DNA of 64,000 nt from assembly GCF_006345805.1 (NCBI RefSeq), contig NC_043000.1, forward strand, positions 115,382,001 through 115,446,000. The letters are read 5' to 3'. The notes beneath the pieces are model-generated. The model did no database searches and was not told where the DNA came from. It saw only the letters and a list, made by a program, of their open reading frames with translations. The DNA is from Octopus sinensis (lineage: Eukaryota). This document shows, piece after piece, positions 1-12,949 of this stretch. Every line of letters starts with the position of its first letter. Position 1 is the stretch's first letter. A program made the position numbers and the translations under genes.

Positions 1-94
1 GCCAAACACCTGCAGGCTTGAACATAAAAAAAAAAAAGTACTAATGATTGATGTTGGGGGGGTCATATATTTATACAGAAAGTAATAACTTGTT

Positions 95-455
95 AGAAAG
101 TGGCTGAGTTCCTCTCGTGCATTGGGCCTCATGGAGGCAAAGTGGCCGAGTTCTTAATGAGTGTTGGGCCTCACGGATGTAATGACCGAGACCTTTGGCA
201 TTATGTTGTGCTTGAGAAGAAGACCCATCAAGCCAAGCAAAATTGCAGTTGTGGTAGATGCTGGTGTCATGCCCGAGGTACATAAACGCACCCGTTACAC
301 TCAGAGTGGTTGGCATTAGGAAGGGCATCCAGCTGTTGAAAACCATGCCAAATCAGACTGGAATCTGGTGCGGCCTTCCAGCTTGCCAGCCCTGGTCAAA
401 CCGTCCAACCCATGCCAGTGTGGACAATGGACATTAGAGTATGATGACAATGATT
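95..455 (+). mobile_element. RTE 3'-end-derived short element
   Basis: gagtggttggcattaggaagggcatccagctg...ccaacccatgc...gga(c)...gatga matches the 3' end of the RTE at 26521-26690. The upstream body is shared with 51385-51675. Confidence 0.8.
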
Positions 456-938
456 ATTTATGAGTGCTAACCCTAAATATTTTTGTAATTTACTGTTTTC
501 ATTTCATGTTCCTCTTTGTTAAGTATTAATGACACTTTAGTTAAAAACAGAATAATCATTTATTTTGTCCGTGAGCTCGGGGGGAATGAGACCCAAGTAC
601 ATTGATTGACTTCTGAATTCTTTATCTCTCTCCTCTCCACCAAGCATATTTTGTTCAGCTAACCTTGTTCAAAAGGAATTAATCAGACCATCAAGAATGT
701 ATATTTCTAATTAGTCACTTTGCATCTAGCACAGGAAAAGTTTCTTTCCTTAGGTTAAAGTTTAAGTCCTTACTCTCCCTCATTCTGTTACTCACATGCA
801 CATACTTACCAACCTCTTGCTCATACAAATATAGCTTCAGATGTTCACATTATCCATAAGGAATAATTTACCAAATTTGTACAATTGATATTAGGCAGGT
901 TCCCCTCCATATTATGTCCCAATATGTTTATTTTCATC

Positions 939-1163
939 CTCTTTAGCATTCAAATGGGCCAAATCTGGCTGTGATCAACCCAGTGGCACTTGTTCAAACC
1001 AGCCATAGCCAGGTTTGTTGGCATGTTATTTTTGCTAGCAAGAAACCCTACCACCACCATATCACACTGGAACATCATAGTTTTCCTTGAATCATCAATT
1101 TTGTATCAATTCTATAAACCTATCCTAACACTGTTAGTATTTCGATAAATACTAAAGGGTTAA
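939..1163 (+). mobile_element. Degenerate piggyBac-type MITE (family 2)
   Basis: ctttagcattcaaa ... actaaagggTTAA, similar to 48625-48852. Confidence 0.5.
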
Positions 1164-1974
1164 CTGAACAAGATATCAAACCTACCATGGTCCTTATTTC
1201 ATGCTCCTTTGGTCCCGTACTCTAATTTTGAGATAATGTATGAACTCAGTTGTAAGCTCTCCAGGCTGATCAAAAATGAACTCAGCAAGTTGTTTCTGAG
1301 TTGATGAAGCAGATGACAGCCAATGCTATTTGCAAAGGGTTGTAATAAAGATAATGATGATGATGGTGGTGGTGGTGGTTTAGGTGAAAGATGATTGCTG
1401 AATTTGCTGATGTATTACCTTATGCCTTAAAATTGCTTGTCATGTGTCAGTTTACATGCCAAAATGATTGATACCCTGCGTAGCGGTCTTAGTGATTGTT
1501 CAATCAACCTTCTGTCTTTAGCTTCATACTAATCAATGAAAGAATTTAATTTTTTTTTTTTTTTTTTTGTTTCTTGTTTCTGTTATAGTTGAGTCTAATG
1601 TAGAGCAAACCAAATTGTTTGTCTAATATTGCTTTTCTTACATCGAACTATGAACTCTCACATGTGCAAGGAAAGGAAGGAAACACCTTCCGACAACATG
1701 TAAATAGCTACAACAGTGTTATTATGGAGTCTGCTATTTAGGAAGTTAGTGTTTGCAGAGATTTGTCTGATAGCAATAGTTTTGTGAGGCCTGAAATTGA
1801 ATTAGGAGGTGGGGGAACTGGAGTGTAATGGCATTCATGCCTATTTTTCTTTCCTTTTTTTTTTTAAAAAAAAATGACTGAAGTAAAATATTTTGGTTTG
1901 GGAAATGAAACTAGATTTTGAGTCTCATGCTAAAACCTAATATGGCATTAGCTATTTATCTAATATTATATTGT

Positions 1975-2355
1975 GGAGGCGCAATGGCCCAGTGGTTAGG
2001 GCAGCGGACTTACAGTTGTAAGATCACTGTTTCAATCCCAGACCGAGCATTATGAGTTTATTGAGTGAAAAGATCCAAAGCTCATGAGGCTCCGGCAGAG
2101 GGTGGTGGCGAAACCTGCTGTACTCTTTCACCACAACTTTCTCTTGCTCTTTCTTCCTATTTCTGTTGTACCTGTATTTCAAAGGGCCAGCCTTATCACA
2201 CTCTGTGTCACGCTGAATCTCCCCGAGAACTATGTTAAGAGTACGCGTGTCTGTGGAGTGCTCAGCCACTTGCACGTTAATTTCATGAGCAGGCTGTTCT
2301 GTTGATTGGATATCGGATCAACTGGAACTCGTTGCCATAACCGACGGAATACCAC
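1975..2355 (+). mobile_element. tRNA-headed SINE, type C
   Basis: Head ggaggcgcaatggcccagtggttagggcagcggact with A/B-box-like motifs. Head and core are shared with the minus copy at 32612-32973. Confidence 0.85.
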
Positions 2356-3569
2356 AAGAATATTATAGACATATGGCTCTGGGATTAAGAAGTTTGCTCC
2401 ATAGTGACAGGATTCTGTAGACAACCTGTGACATCCTCTGCTAGTATCTTCTATAGTCTCAGTGTGACGAAAGCCTTGTCAGTGAAATTTGATAAATAGA
2501 CTCTGGGATTCTACCTTCTGTATAAGTGTACGTCTTTACAATAGAATCAGTTCATCAAAAACAGAAAACTCTTTATTTGGTTACGTCCCTTTACTCCAAA
2601 ACAGCTTTTCCTCCACATTACTAGTTGAAAATATTGGAGTCGGATAGAATCAGTTAAAATGCATAGGTGCAGTCAATGGCTTAATAGTAAAAGATTTGAA
2701 AGAGATAATTTTGTAGAAACACAGCCTATTTCCTCTTAGTCAATATTATTGGTGCTTATTTGTTTATTAACCATAGAATTTTGCAAGTTGAAGATATCTT
2801 TAGCACTGGCCTCGAATAGGTTATTTTATCATTTATTGAAAGCCAGGTAGTATTCCATAGAGAAAAAAAATTTCCATCATCCACTTGAGTCTACAGAAGT
2901 TGGAAGAAAAGGTTGTCGGAATTTTCTCTGGAGCAACTACACTTTTCCTTGCATACAAACAGCAGTGGATTGTAAAGTGTCTGATAAAACAATGGAATGT
3001 CATTAAAATATGTTTGGTTTAATTCCCCATCATGAACTGTATCCCTCCTTACACATCGGGAAAATGTTTTGTGCTGTTTATACATAAAATATGATATATA
3101 TCCATTGCATGTGCACATTAATTCTAGATATAATCAGTGAAAAATCATTTACTTGACAAATAAGCATTGAACTTGCAATCTCCAAACCCAAGTCCTTTTT
3201 TTGACAAAATGTAAACTTTCCATTGTTTCCTCTCCCAATTACTAAACTTGGCTGACTGATTATGCCTATCTTTTCTCTCCTTATTACTTTGTGTCTTGCT
3301 CTCCCTCTAGACCCTATACTAATCACTTTGCTTCGTTTAAATTTTCTTTTCTACAACCCCATCTGACTTACGTTTTTCCTCCTCTAACCATTAACATTGC
3401 ATCGATTCAAACTGAATATTAACCACATAAATAAATACTTCCTGATTTATTTATCTCTTATTTTCCCAATCTAGAAGAATAGAAAATTACGGGCAACATT
3501 TCTGCGACTAAAATTAAATAATGATGGAAGAACTCTTGTCATATTCTTTGATTTGACATATAATTGTGG

Positions 3570-3780
3570 CAAAGAGATGATAGCAGAATCGTTTAAGTGT
3601 TGGGGCTAAATGCTTTGTGATATAGTATTTCTTCTGGCTCTTTTTAAGTTCTGAATTCAGATCCTCTTGAGGTCAACTTTCCTTTTCATCAAGTACCAGC
3701 CAAATATTGGGGTTGATATGATTGAATATACCCTACCCACAAAATTTTTGATTTGCTGCCTACATTAGGAACAATTATTT
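3570..3780 (+). mobile_element. Old SINE type B variant
   Basis: Degenerate gcagaatcgtt...gaggtcaacttt...aagtaccagc...ggggttgat core. Confidence 0.5.
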
Positions 3781-4613
3781 TTATAATTTCTCATTGCAAT
3801 ATCACTCCGTTGGATAAAACTTTCTCTCAGGCATTACCTCTATAAGGTTTCTCTTTTGCTGGAAATAACAACCAATTTGCCTTCAAGCCATTTTGATGTT
3901 TTCAAAAAAAAGAAAAAGGAGAAGGAAGTGGACATTGAGTAATGTGCAAACAAAAATGGGATCATTATATTTGAAATGCCCTTCATCATAGATGTGCTTG
4001 ATTGGGGCTGACCAGGGGCTAAATAAGTTCTAGTGTCGCTCAAATCTTAATTCTATTGAGGATTCAGTGTTAAATACATCATCATTATTATTATTACTGT
4101 AAAAGATTGTTTTCAGTTTCACATATCAAGAAAACATTTTTGTTTTAATTTTTTTTTTACTGAATTTTCCCCCAAACACTACAAAAATTACACGTCACAC
4201 TTTTATTTCTTGGGTGAGTTTTAATTATCTTCATCACAAATAGTACGCCAATACCTGGAGTAAAAAATTTATAAAATTTATTTTCTGTGAATCACACACA
4301 CACACACACATTCCACTTCACTCTGTACTGTACTAACTCCCTTTAAATGCACTTTACCATCTGAAGTGTCTTAAAACCTTTCTAGAAGTAATGTGGGATT
4401 TATAATTGCCACAAACATTGTTAGTAAAATAACTGTATTAAGACAGCGATTGTAATATTTATTTCTGCATTTTAAATTTTATATTTATAAGAAAAATTTT
4501 TTTAATATTGTTAGTGTGTGTATGTATATATGTTTATATATGATTAACTAATACATTGTATTTTTCTCTTTTCTTTCTCTTTTCATTTCGGTTACTAATG
4601 GATTACTTCTCAG

Positions 4614-5948
4614 GGAGGATATGGAACAGGTCCCATGTCAAGTCCAGGAGTCTCGGATCAATTTCTACCAAGCTACTACAACCAACCAATCTCCTTCCCT
4701 TATTTGGGACAAGGGGTTGGTGATGCAACATGGTCAAGTGGAAGAGATGCCAACGTGTTCCCCCTTGGGGGCTATGACTACAGCAGCGTCTTTAGTGGAT
4801 TTGGATATGCCCAATTTGGTTGGGATTACAATGGCAGCGACTATTGGAATAATGCCACCCGCAAGGATTACTATGGCACTGATATGATTTCTTCTGATGG
4901 CTATGGGCCAATGAATGGAGAGCAAGATCGTGACACTGTGAACAGTGTTGAGCAGGGGCTGAAGGGCATGAGCATTACTGGAGAAAAGAAGTTGTCAGAT
5001 GGTGTTGGAAATGATTCTGTGCAGGCCGGTGTGATTGACGGATCTATTCAAGTCGGTCCACCTGGTTCGGCTGGGCCATCTCCACCACAGGGGCCAAAGA
5101 AAACCTCTTGGGCCGCTGTAGCTAGCCAGCCAGCTCGGCCTCAGCCGCAGATTAAGGCACGCACTATGCCCCGTGCTCCCATGACACCAAAGAGTATGGA
5201 CATTGGTACTTGGGATAACAAAAACAATAACAACAGCAAGCAGGCGAATCAAGGGAGACAAGTATGGAGTGCACCTCGTCGTACTATGGCAGCTTATAAC
5301 AATGCTCCATCAGGAAACTCAAGTCCACCTTCAGCTAATGTTGGTAATGCAGGATCTTTGAATGGACCTCCATCTTCTCCTAGTTTACCTCACCCAGTTT
5401 TGGAAAAGCTGCGATCTGTTAATCAATATAATCCAAAAGATTTCAATCTGAATCCAAAAGGGGCTCGCTTTTTTATCATAAAAAGTTACTCTGAGGATGA
5501 CATTCACCGATCAATAAAATATAATATTTGGTGCAGCACTGAGCATGGTAATAAGAGACTGGATGGGGCTTACAGAGAAAGAGAGGGCAAGGGTCCTGTA
5601 TACCTTTTCTATAGTGTCAATGGTAGTGGACATTTCTGTGGTATGGCCCAGATGATGTCACCTGTGGACTATTCCACCAACAGTGGAGTATGGGCCCAAG
5701 ACAAATGGAAAGGTCAGTTTGAAGTGAAATGGATTTATGTGAAGGATGTGCCAAATAGTCAATTGCGACACATTCGCTTGGAAAACAATGAGAATAAGCC
5801 AGTCACCAACTCAAGGGACACTCAAGAAGTACCACCAGAAAAGGGTAAGCAGGTGCTGAAAATCCTGCACAATTTTCGGCACTCAACGTCCATCTTTGAT
5901 GATTTCGGACATTATGAGAAACGACAGGAGGAAGATCTTACCAAAAAG
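4614..5948 (+). CDS. YTHDF: YTHDF-family m6A reader, large internal exon (low-complexity region plus complete YTH domain), phase 0-0, 445 codons
   Basis: Acceptor ttacttctcag|GGA at 4613/4614 is in frame with ORF 4635-6011; donor AAG|GTGAGT at 5948/5949. Motifs [60 protein letters not shown] (aromatic cage Trp intact) and [15 protein letters not shown] match YTHDF1-3. Confidence 0.97.
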
Positions 5949-8900
5949 GTGAGTATTCCCATTAAAACACACAAACACAATAAAACAAAACAAAAACAAA
6001 AGAAAAAATAATAAACATACACAACAAGTATATTGAAGTCGGGTGGTGACACACAAAAGATTCCATTTTTTTCTTTAGTTTTTGATCTTTCCGTATTCTT
6101 GAAATTTGTATTGCATATCTTTTTGTATACCGTATTTGATGGCATACACGGTGCTCTAATTATCTCCAGTCTCAGAATATTACCTTGCATCTTATATGCA
6201 AAGTTGGGCCATCTGTAAACTAATTTTGTCCAGATGGTCTTTTCTGTCTAACCTGACTCCATAATATTTACTTAAAAATTATTATTATTAATTGTGCTGT
6301 AACAGGAATTACCATAACAATGGACTGGCAGTGTTTGTTTGTACCAGCTAATCCATTATGTCTAAATATTGTAATTTCTTGTTATATGTTTTCGACTGTA
6401 CTGCTAACTTTTTATATAGAATATAATGATTTCTGCTATAACTATGCTGCTTTTGTAAAGTACTCTAAGATTGGTTTAAATATTACATTCTTTAAAAGCT
6501 TTTCCCCTGAAAATGTACTGCTGAAATTAGGGAGCATCTGACATGCTCTGCATCTTTTATGCCATCAAATATGGTAATTCAGATTACTTTTATATGTATT
6601 TTTATTAGTCTACTGAAATTCATTTTTAAGTGAATATTATGTCTGTGTTTTCATATTTGTGCAACTTGCGTTACAAACCCCATATTCGTACAATTGAAAT
6701 TACAAAACATGAATTTGTAATTCCAATTAGGTAATCATTATACAAATATATCAGTCACTTATTTTCACATATGTCTGTTGGTGATATTTTATTTGTGATA
6801 TTATTGGTGATATTTTATTTATTTTTCCAAATGAAAATACATAAAAATGAACTCGCGATGAGTTACAAATTAAATCTGAATATGTACATTAATGTAACAT
6901 CTCTTTGCTATTTTTTGACCCATCATAAAGTGCCTGTGTTCAATGTATCAGTTGTGTGTATGTGTGTTTGATTGCTTATACATACAGGTGAAATAGAGTT
7001 CAATATATAGAGAGTGCTTATATTATTTTATTTATTTTATACTTGAGAATGCATCATTGAATCAAGGGCCTGGAGTTTCGTGCAAACACACTTGTTGAAA
7101 TTTCTCAGTTTATGTGTATTTGCATAAATTTCAGCCCTTGGTTCGTGGCTATAACCTCTCAGCTATAATGAAATATTATGTGTGATGAACACTAATAAAT
7201 AAATAACTAAATAAATAAATTATCACTGATTAATTTCATAAATACCGACCGACTCTTAAACCACATTCTTTTCAATTACATTGTGCATATTTTCAATTGA
7301 ATCCATTCATGTTTTTGTCAGTATTTCAATGATTAGAATCACAGATATTTCTTTTGTGAATAGTGTAAAGAAACATAACTGAATTCATTCTCTGTTGTCA
7401 ATATACATTATTATGATACAGCAATCTTTTTTATTTTCCCATGAGATTTGTTTATAACCTGGTATATATCTGGGTTGAATTGTAATGTACATTAAGATTT
7501 GCAGAGATTGGTGCTGGTTTGGTATCTAAGCCTGTCCAAAGCATTTTCATAAGTTTGTCCTAAATGTCCATTGGTTGTTTTCCAGCTTGTGATTATCCCT
7601 TATTTCATATGTTCTGAATGATATAATACTTTTCTTTCATAAGTCCCATGTTATTGTGGTGCTAGAAAAAAAACATTGGGAATGAGTGTCATATATGGTG
7701 CAAGGACACCAGGGTAATACGTCTTGTGTGCCATATGTAATAGGCAAAGGGTGAAGTACAAAAAATACAAAAGTTGACCATATGGAAAAGAAGTCTTTGA
7801 TGAAGGGTCCTGTGCAGGGTTAAACTTTTCCTTTTCCTCACACCAAACTCATATATATTCCAGTGTTAAACTCAGATTATTTCTGAATGAATGAGACAAG
7901 ATCCTTGTTGCCAAATGACTGAAATGGTAGTATTTTGTTGTAGCTAGTGATGTCCTTTTTTGCTGGAAACAGCATAGCTTTTCATCATCTTTTCACAATC
8001 AGTAAAATAATTAAGTCCTGTACTGGCTCAGATTAATTGTCTTGTGTTTTGTCACCATCAAATTTGTGACTTTGTTTCAATGTGAGAAAAACCTTTGTCG
8101 TTGTAAAATTACAAAAATGATAGTATCAAACTTAACAGTCAGCATCAAATTTGCTACTTTTCTCTGAGATTAATAAATAACTATTAGGTATATACAATAT
8201 AACTGGTTTAATCAACTATACTCTTTGAGGTTTTGTACTAGCATGACTATCACACACACACACAATGTGACTAGTTGAGAGAGACAGACAGATTACATGT
8301 GATATTAAGTTTTCTCCTTGATTGAGTTCTGTTCATTATTTTATGTCTTTAATTACTGTAAATATTCTACACAGGTATACAGCTTATATTTTATGTATTG
8401 ACTGTAGAAAAAAAATGTTTTTTAAATAGTGATTTTCTTAGAAGTTAATGTTAGCTTATTGTATCATGTTTAAAAAAAAAAAAAAAAAAGAAGCTATCTT
8501 ATGGGGTCCTAAAATCTTGATTACTGACTATATATACCCTTTGATAAATATCTCTCTATCATAAGAGCAAGATGCTTCATTTCTCATTGTTCCTGTCAAC
8601 ACTGCTGTATTGGGTATTTTAAGAGGGCCAATTGTATGCTGTGTCTGCTCATGAATACACTGGCACCTAAAACAATTAGCAAAAGCATGGTACATGTTAC
8701 TGAACCATACTCACATGTAATGTCTGGTGGTAATTGTGTACTTATCAACACTTTTGCACATTGGTATTTATATCATTGATGGTTCCCATGCTTTTATAAA
8801 ATCCATCGAAGAATTTTCTGGTTGTTATTTAGCTCCAAGTCAGGCTTAATTGAGTAAACATTTATCAGTGGTGTTCCAACCAGACCGTCTCATCTTTTTC

Positions 8901-10621
8901 TGGTTCGGCACATCTTGAACAATGTAATCTGATGCAGCCCTTCTTTTTCCAACACAGAAGGGTATGATTTGATAGAAGTGCAACCACTGGCATGCTGAGT
9001 TGCTATGGCAAAGGCTTGAGGAAGCTCATAGAATATCTAGTAGTTACAACCATTGTTCTAGTCCCGTTCTATTACTCATAAATAGTGATGCTGTATATTA
9101 GAGCATATGTCTGTTTTGAAGGGTTCACATGCAGGGATTCTGTCCATTATATTAATCTGTGATGTACAGATGTGGCAGCTATTTTGAGGAAGGTAGACAT
9201 CAAAAGTACATGATGTTTTTAATCTATAATACTCGTTTCTAACATGGTATAAAGCTACAAATTTGTAATGAGGGAAGCCTGGTCAATTAAATTTCTCCTG
9301 ATTCTTATTTGATTGATACATAAAAACATTAGAAAGTAGATTTTATTGTGATTTGAACTTAAAATTTACACAACCAAATGCCATGGGATATTTTAACTCC
9401 TCATTCTATCACTCTTGCTATTCCACCTCTTTTGCTGTGGGGCTTAGTGAAAGGGTATTACGTTTTATTCTTTAAACTTATTAAGTAAAATAACTGTGAA
9501 ATTGCATCATCTCACAAAGAGCATTGCTTCAGATGAGATAACAGTATTTCTTCTCATATTTCACTTGTCTTTCCTTACTTCTGTCACATGGCCAAAAGGC
9601 TTTCTATGTATACAAATTATACATTTATTATTTTTTTTTTGGTTAGTCTTCTTACATTGTCATTTTACATCTTCTTCCCCATTTCCCTCATAATTCCTTT
9701 TTACTGTTCATTCTGGAGACCATCTTTTTATTTCTACTTGTTTTTTTCTTGTGCTCACCTTTCATGTCCATTAATTTATAATCCAGCAACTTATGTTGCT
9801 GATACCACTAAACTGTGAAATTGTGATGATTTTTGATTGATAATTGATGAGGGGTTGAGCATGTCCACAGCCATTGTTTTTTTTTTCCCTGTTTTCCATA
9901 TGTTCCTTGGTTGTTATAATGTGTCACATTTTATTATTTCTTCACAATCTGTTGTTAATGTTTACTCTCATGTTGATTTTACAATGTTCATCCAGGCCCT
10001 GTTAAAACTATATTTCTGTGTGTGTGTGTGTGTGTGTGTTTGCCTCCAGTGCTAAAAAATATTGAGAAAATAATTTCAATGTCCAATCAGCCATGCCATG
10101 CCATCAGTGTCCAAACAGCTGTACTCAATCCTCTCATTCTGCTAAGCTTAGTTCACATTGGAAAGGCAGATCTTTTCAGTTGCTGTCAAAGATTTCATGT
10201 ATTTTCAATTTTGTTCCAAGTGTTTCCAAATTTGGTATACAGTATTGTATGCTAATTAGGAAAATGAAGTTAAAATTTTTGCCATAAATGAATAATATAA
10301 AGTTGATAGGTTTTAAAGTTTGCAAATTTTGTGTAATTTTAACCAATCAAAAGCCACAACCGTACACATGACAATAACTCTCATATTAATATCTGTTTCT
10401 ATAGTAACAAGCAAAGCTGTTATCTGACACATTCACTACTCAACCACCACCACCACAGGTTTTGATGGGCAATATCATTTTGTGACAGATAGTTATAATG
10501 CAGAAAATACCAGCTTCCAATTCCTGTTTTCTTGGACTAAAAGTTACCAAACTTTGAATCTCTGTAAATAAACAAATCCCAAATTCAGGTTCAGTGTGTA
10601 AGATTACATCTATATAACAAA

Positions 10622-11012
10622 CTAGCAGTATTGCCTGGCGTTGCTCGGGTTTCTTTCAACCCTTTAGAATTAGGATTTTTGAAAAGTAAAAATTTTGCAT
10701 TATGTAGCTTGTTATTCTCTTTAAGTGAACATTTTTCTGGTTGAAATACACCAAAAAATGGCGACACAGCAGTAAAAAAAAAAAAAAAAAAAGGGGGAAT
10801 TTTCATAGAAAAAAAGCACCTTTGTGATGTAAATAATTTTTGGTGTTAACATGGTCCGATTTGAATTTTTTCTTCTACGGAATGAAGAGCAAGCCTTCTT
10901 CTATCATACTCTCAATTTTGGTCAACTTGCACCGCAGGGTCTCAGAGGAGATAGTGTTAGTTGAAGGCTACCAAACCTACCATACACAGACAACTTCAGC
11001 TTTATATAGAGA
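10622..11012 (-). mobile_element. Non-autonomous Helitron, family 1
   Basis: Minus strand reads A|TCTCTATATAAAGCTGAAG ... CCCGAGCAACGCCAGG (hairpin) CAATACTG CTAG|T. No TSD. Confidence 0.85.
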
Positions 11013-11710
11013 TTAGGAAATTGTCACTTAATTTTGAAATGCCCAAATCTGTGACAGCACCCAAAAACATCCAAAAGGATTAGTACATTTTATGTAAAGA
11101 CTAAATTTGAATTGGCATTGAATAGCTTGGGTGTTTCTTTGTTAAACATTTTATATAGTGATCACAACAAACCAGCAAATTATTTGTTGGTTTTTGTGTT
11201 TTTTCTGTATAAAATCATTCTCTTTTTACATAACCTCATGTTTGGCACTCTTATGACTAACCCCTTTTTGGTTGAAATATTCTCTGACGATCTTGCTACA
11301 AATGCTAGTTCTTCATTAATGATGTTTTGTTTCCCATAGCAACCATATTGCTATAACTAATGTCAGTCTGTTTGCTTTCCTCTTTTGGGACAAAAAATTC
11401 CTCAGTTTTGTTTAGTTGCTGTATCTCTTAAATTCTCAATATGTATTGAAATACTGTTCGCGTATTTTGGATGCATGTGCGTACATGCACATCTGCATTT
11501 AGAGGAAATGAATATTTAGTTTAGCAAAAACTTGGTCCCCAACACAACAATTACCATCCCACAGACATGTTACTTCCCTATTTTATTAAAACAACAAATC
11601 TTTTCCCCTACCAGATCTATAATTCTCTTTTGAACTTATGCAGAACATTTTGAGCAAGTGCTTTCTACTATAGCCCTTGGCTGACCAATTCCAGAAACTT
11701 CCTACCAAAA

Positions 11711-12095
11711 GGCGACGAGCTGGCAGAAGCGTTAGCACGCCAGGTGAAATGCTTTGTGGTATTTCGTCCGCCGCTGCGTTCTGAGTTCAAATTCTGCCAA
11801 GGTCGACTTTGCCTTTCATCCTTTCGGGGTTGATTAAATAAGTACCAGTTACGCACTGGGGTCAATATAATTGACTTAATCAATTTGTCTGTCCTTGTTT
11901 GTCCCCTCTGTGTGTTGACTCCCCTGCTACTGCTTGACATCAAGTGTTGGCATGTTTGTGTCCTCATAACTTAGCAGTCCAGCAAGAGAGACTAATAGAA
12001 TAAGTACTAGTACTGGGGATGATTTTTTTGACTTACTCTTTCAAGGCACTGCCCCTGTCTGGCTGCAGTCCAATGATTGGAAACCGGTAAAAGAT
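11711..12095 (+). mobile_element. SINE type B joined to a 3' fragment of SINE type A
   Basis: ggcgacgagctggcagaagcgttagcacg...gagttcaaattc...gcctttcatcctttcgggg, followed by a decayed type A tail. Confidence 0.75.
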
Positions 12096-12239
12096 CTATT
12101 TGTATTACCTCCCATCCATCAGTCTTTATCTTCCCATCCACTATACTGCACAATCCTGCCACCCATCCAAAACCAGAGTTCTCTGGGATTTTCTCCTAAC
12201 CAATGTTTTCCCATCTTGTTAGCCTGGAATTCATTTATG

Positions 12240-12495
12240 CTGTTGTATGTGTGTATGAGAAAGACTGTCTCCTTGCCTCGACATCATGTGATAGTTGTAA
12301 ATGAGTGCACTACCCACGCAAGCAATATTCTTCATTCTGAATGTTCTGTGAAAACATGGGCATTGGCAAATACTAGCTTTCTTGGAAACAGGTGTAAGTT
12401 GGCAACAAGAAGGATATTTGGCTTTAGAATAATCCATCTCAACAAAACTTTGTCCAACTCATAGAAGCATGGAAAAGCTGACTTTACAACAACGA
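12240..12495 (+). mobile_element. 3' half of SINE type A' (RTE-like tail)
   Basis: gacatcatgtgatagttgtaaa...tggaaacagg...agcatggaaaag, as in 15588-15950. Confidence 0.6.
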
Positions 12496-12762
12496 TAACC
12501 TCCTTTTTCCTTTGACTAAACAAAAAAATCAATTTGACACAAAATATAAAGAAAATTTCCTTTCAGATGATAGCAGATGGTGCATTCATCTTTTTTTTTT
12601 TTTCCAGTCATATTACTTTCATTTTCACTTTACGGCAGGACACCTATCCCTGTCTCTCTAATCTCTTATCAACTGGCACAAAGCTATCCTACCTCATTAC
12701 CACTTCCTCCTCTCAGCTGAGGGGGTTTTGTCTTTCAAGTTATTTGGCGATCCTGTTGGTAC

Positions 12763-12940
12763 TGGTGCCATGTAAAAATCACCCAGTACACTCTGTAGAG
12801 TGGTTAGCATTAGGAAGGTCATCCAGCCATAGAAACCATGCCAAAATAGACAATTGGAGCCTGGTGTGGCCCCTGGCCTTGCTCCTGTCAAACCACCCAA
12901 CCCATTCCAATGTGGAAAGTGGACGTTAAATAATGATGAT
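12763..12940 (+). mobile_element. RTE 3'-end short element
   Basis: tacactctgtagagtggttagcattaggaagg...ggacgttaaataatgatgat. Confidence 0.8.
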
Positions 12941-12949
12941 TACTTCTCC

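Noticed and set aside
2890-3330. Minus-strand ORFs as a decayed LINE endonuclease
   Set aside because: No convincing catalytic motif recovered.
1-4613. Upstream YTHDF exons (expected FEPYL-type motif)
   Set aside because: No matching open exon found by eye; probably outside the window.
5949-6011. ORF-track C-terminus as the main YTHDF end
   Set aside because: It crosses a consensus donor at the conserved intron position; kept only as a possible minor isoform.
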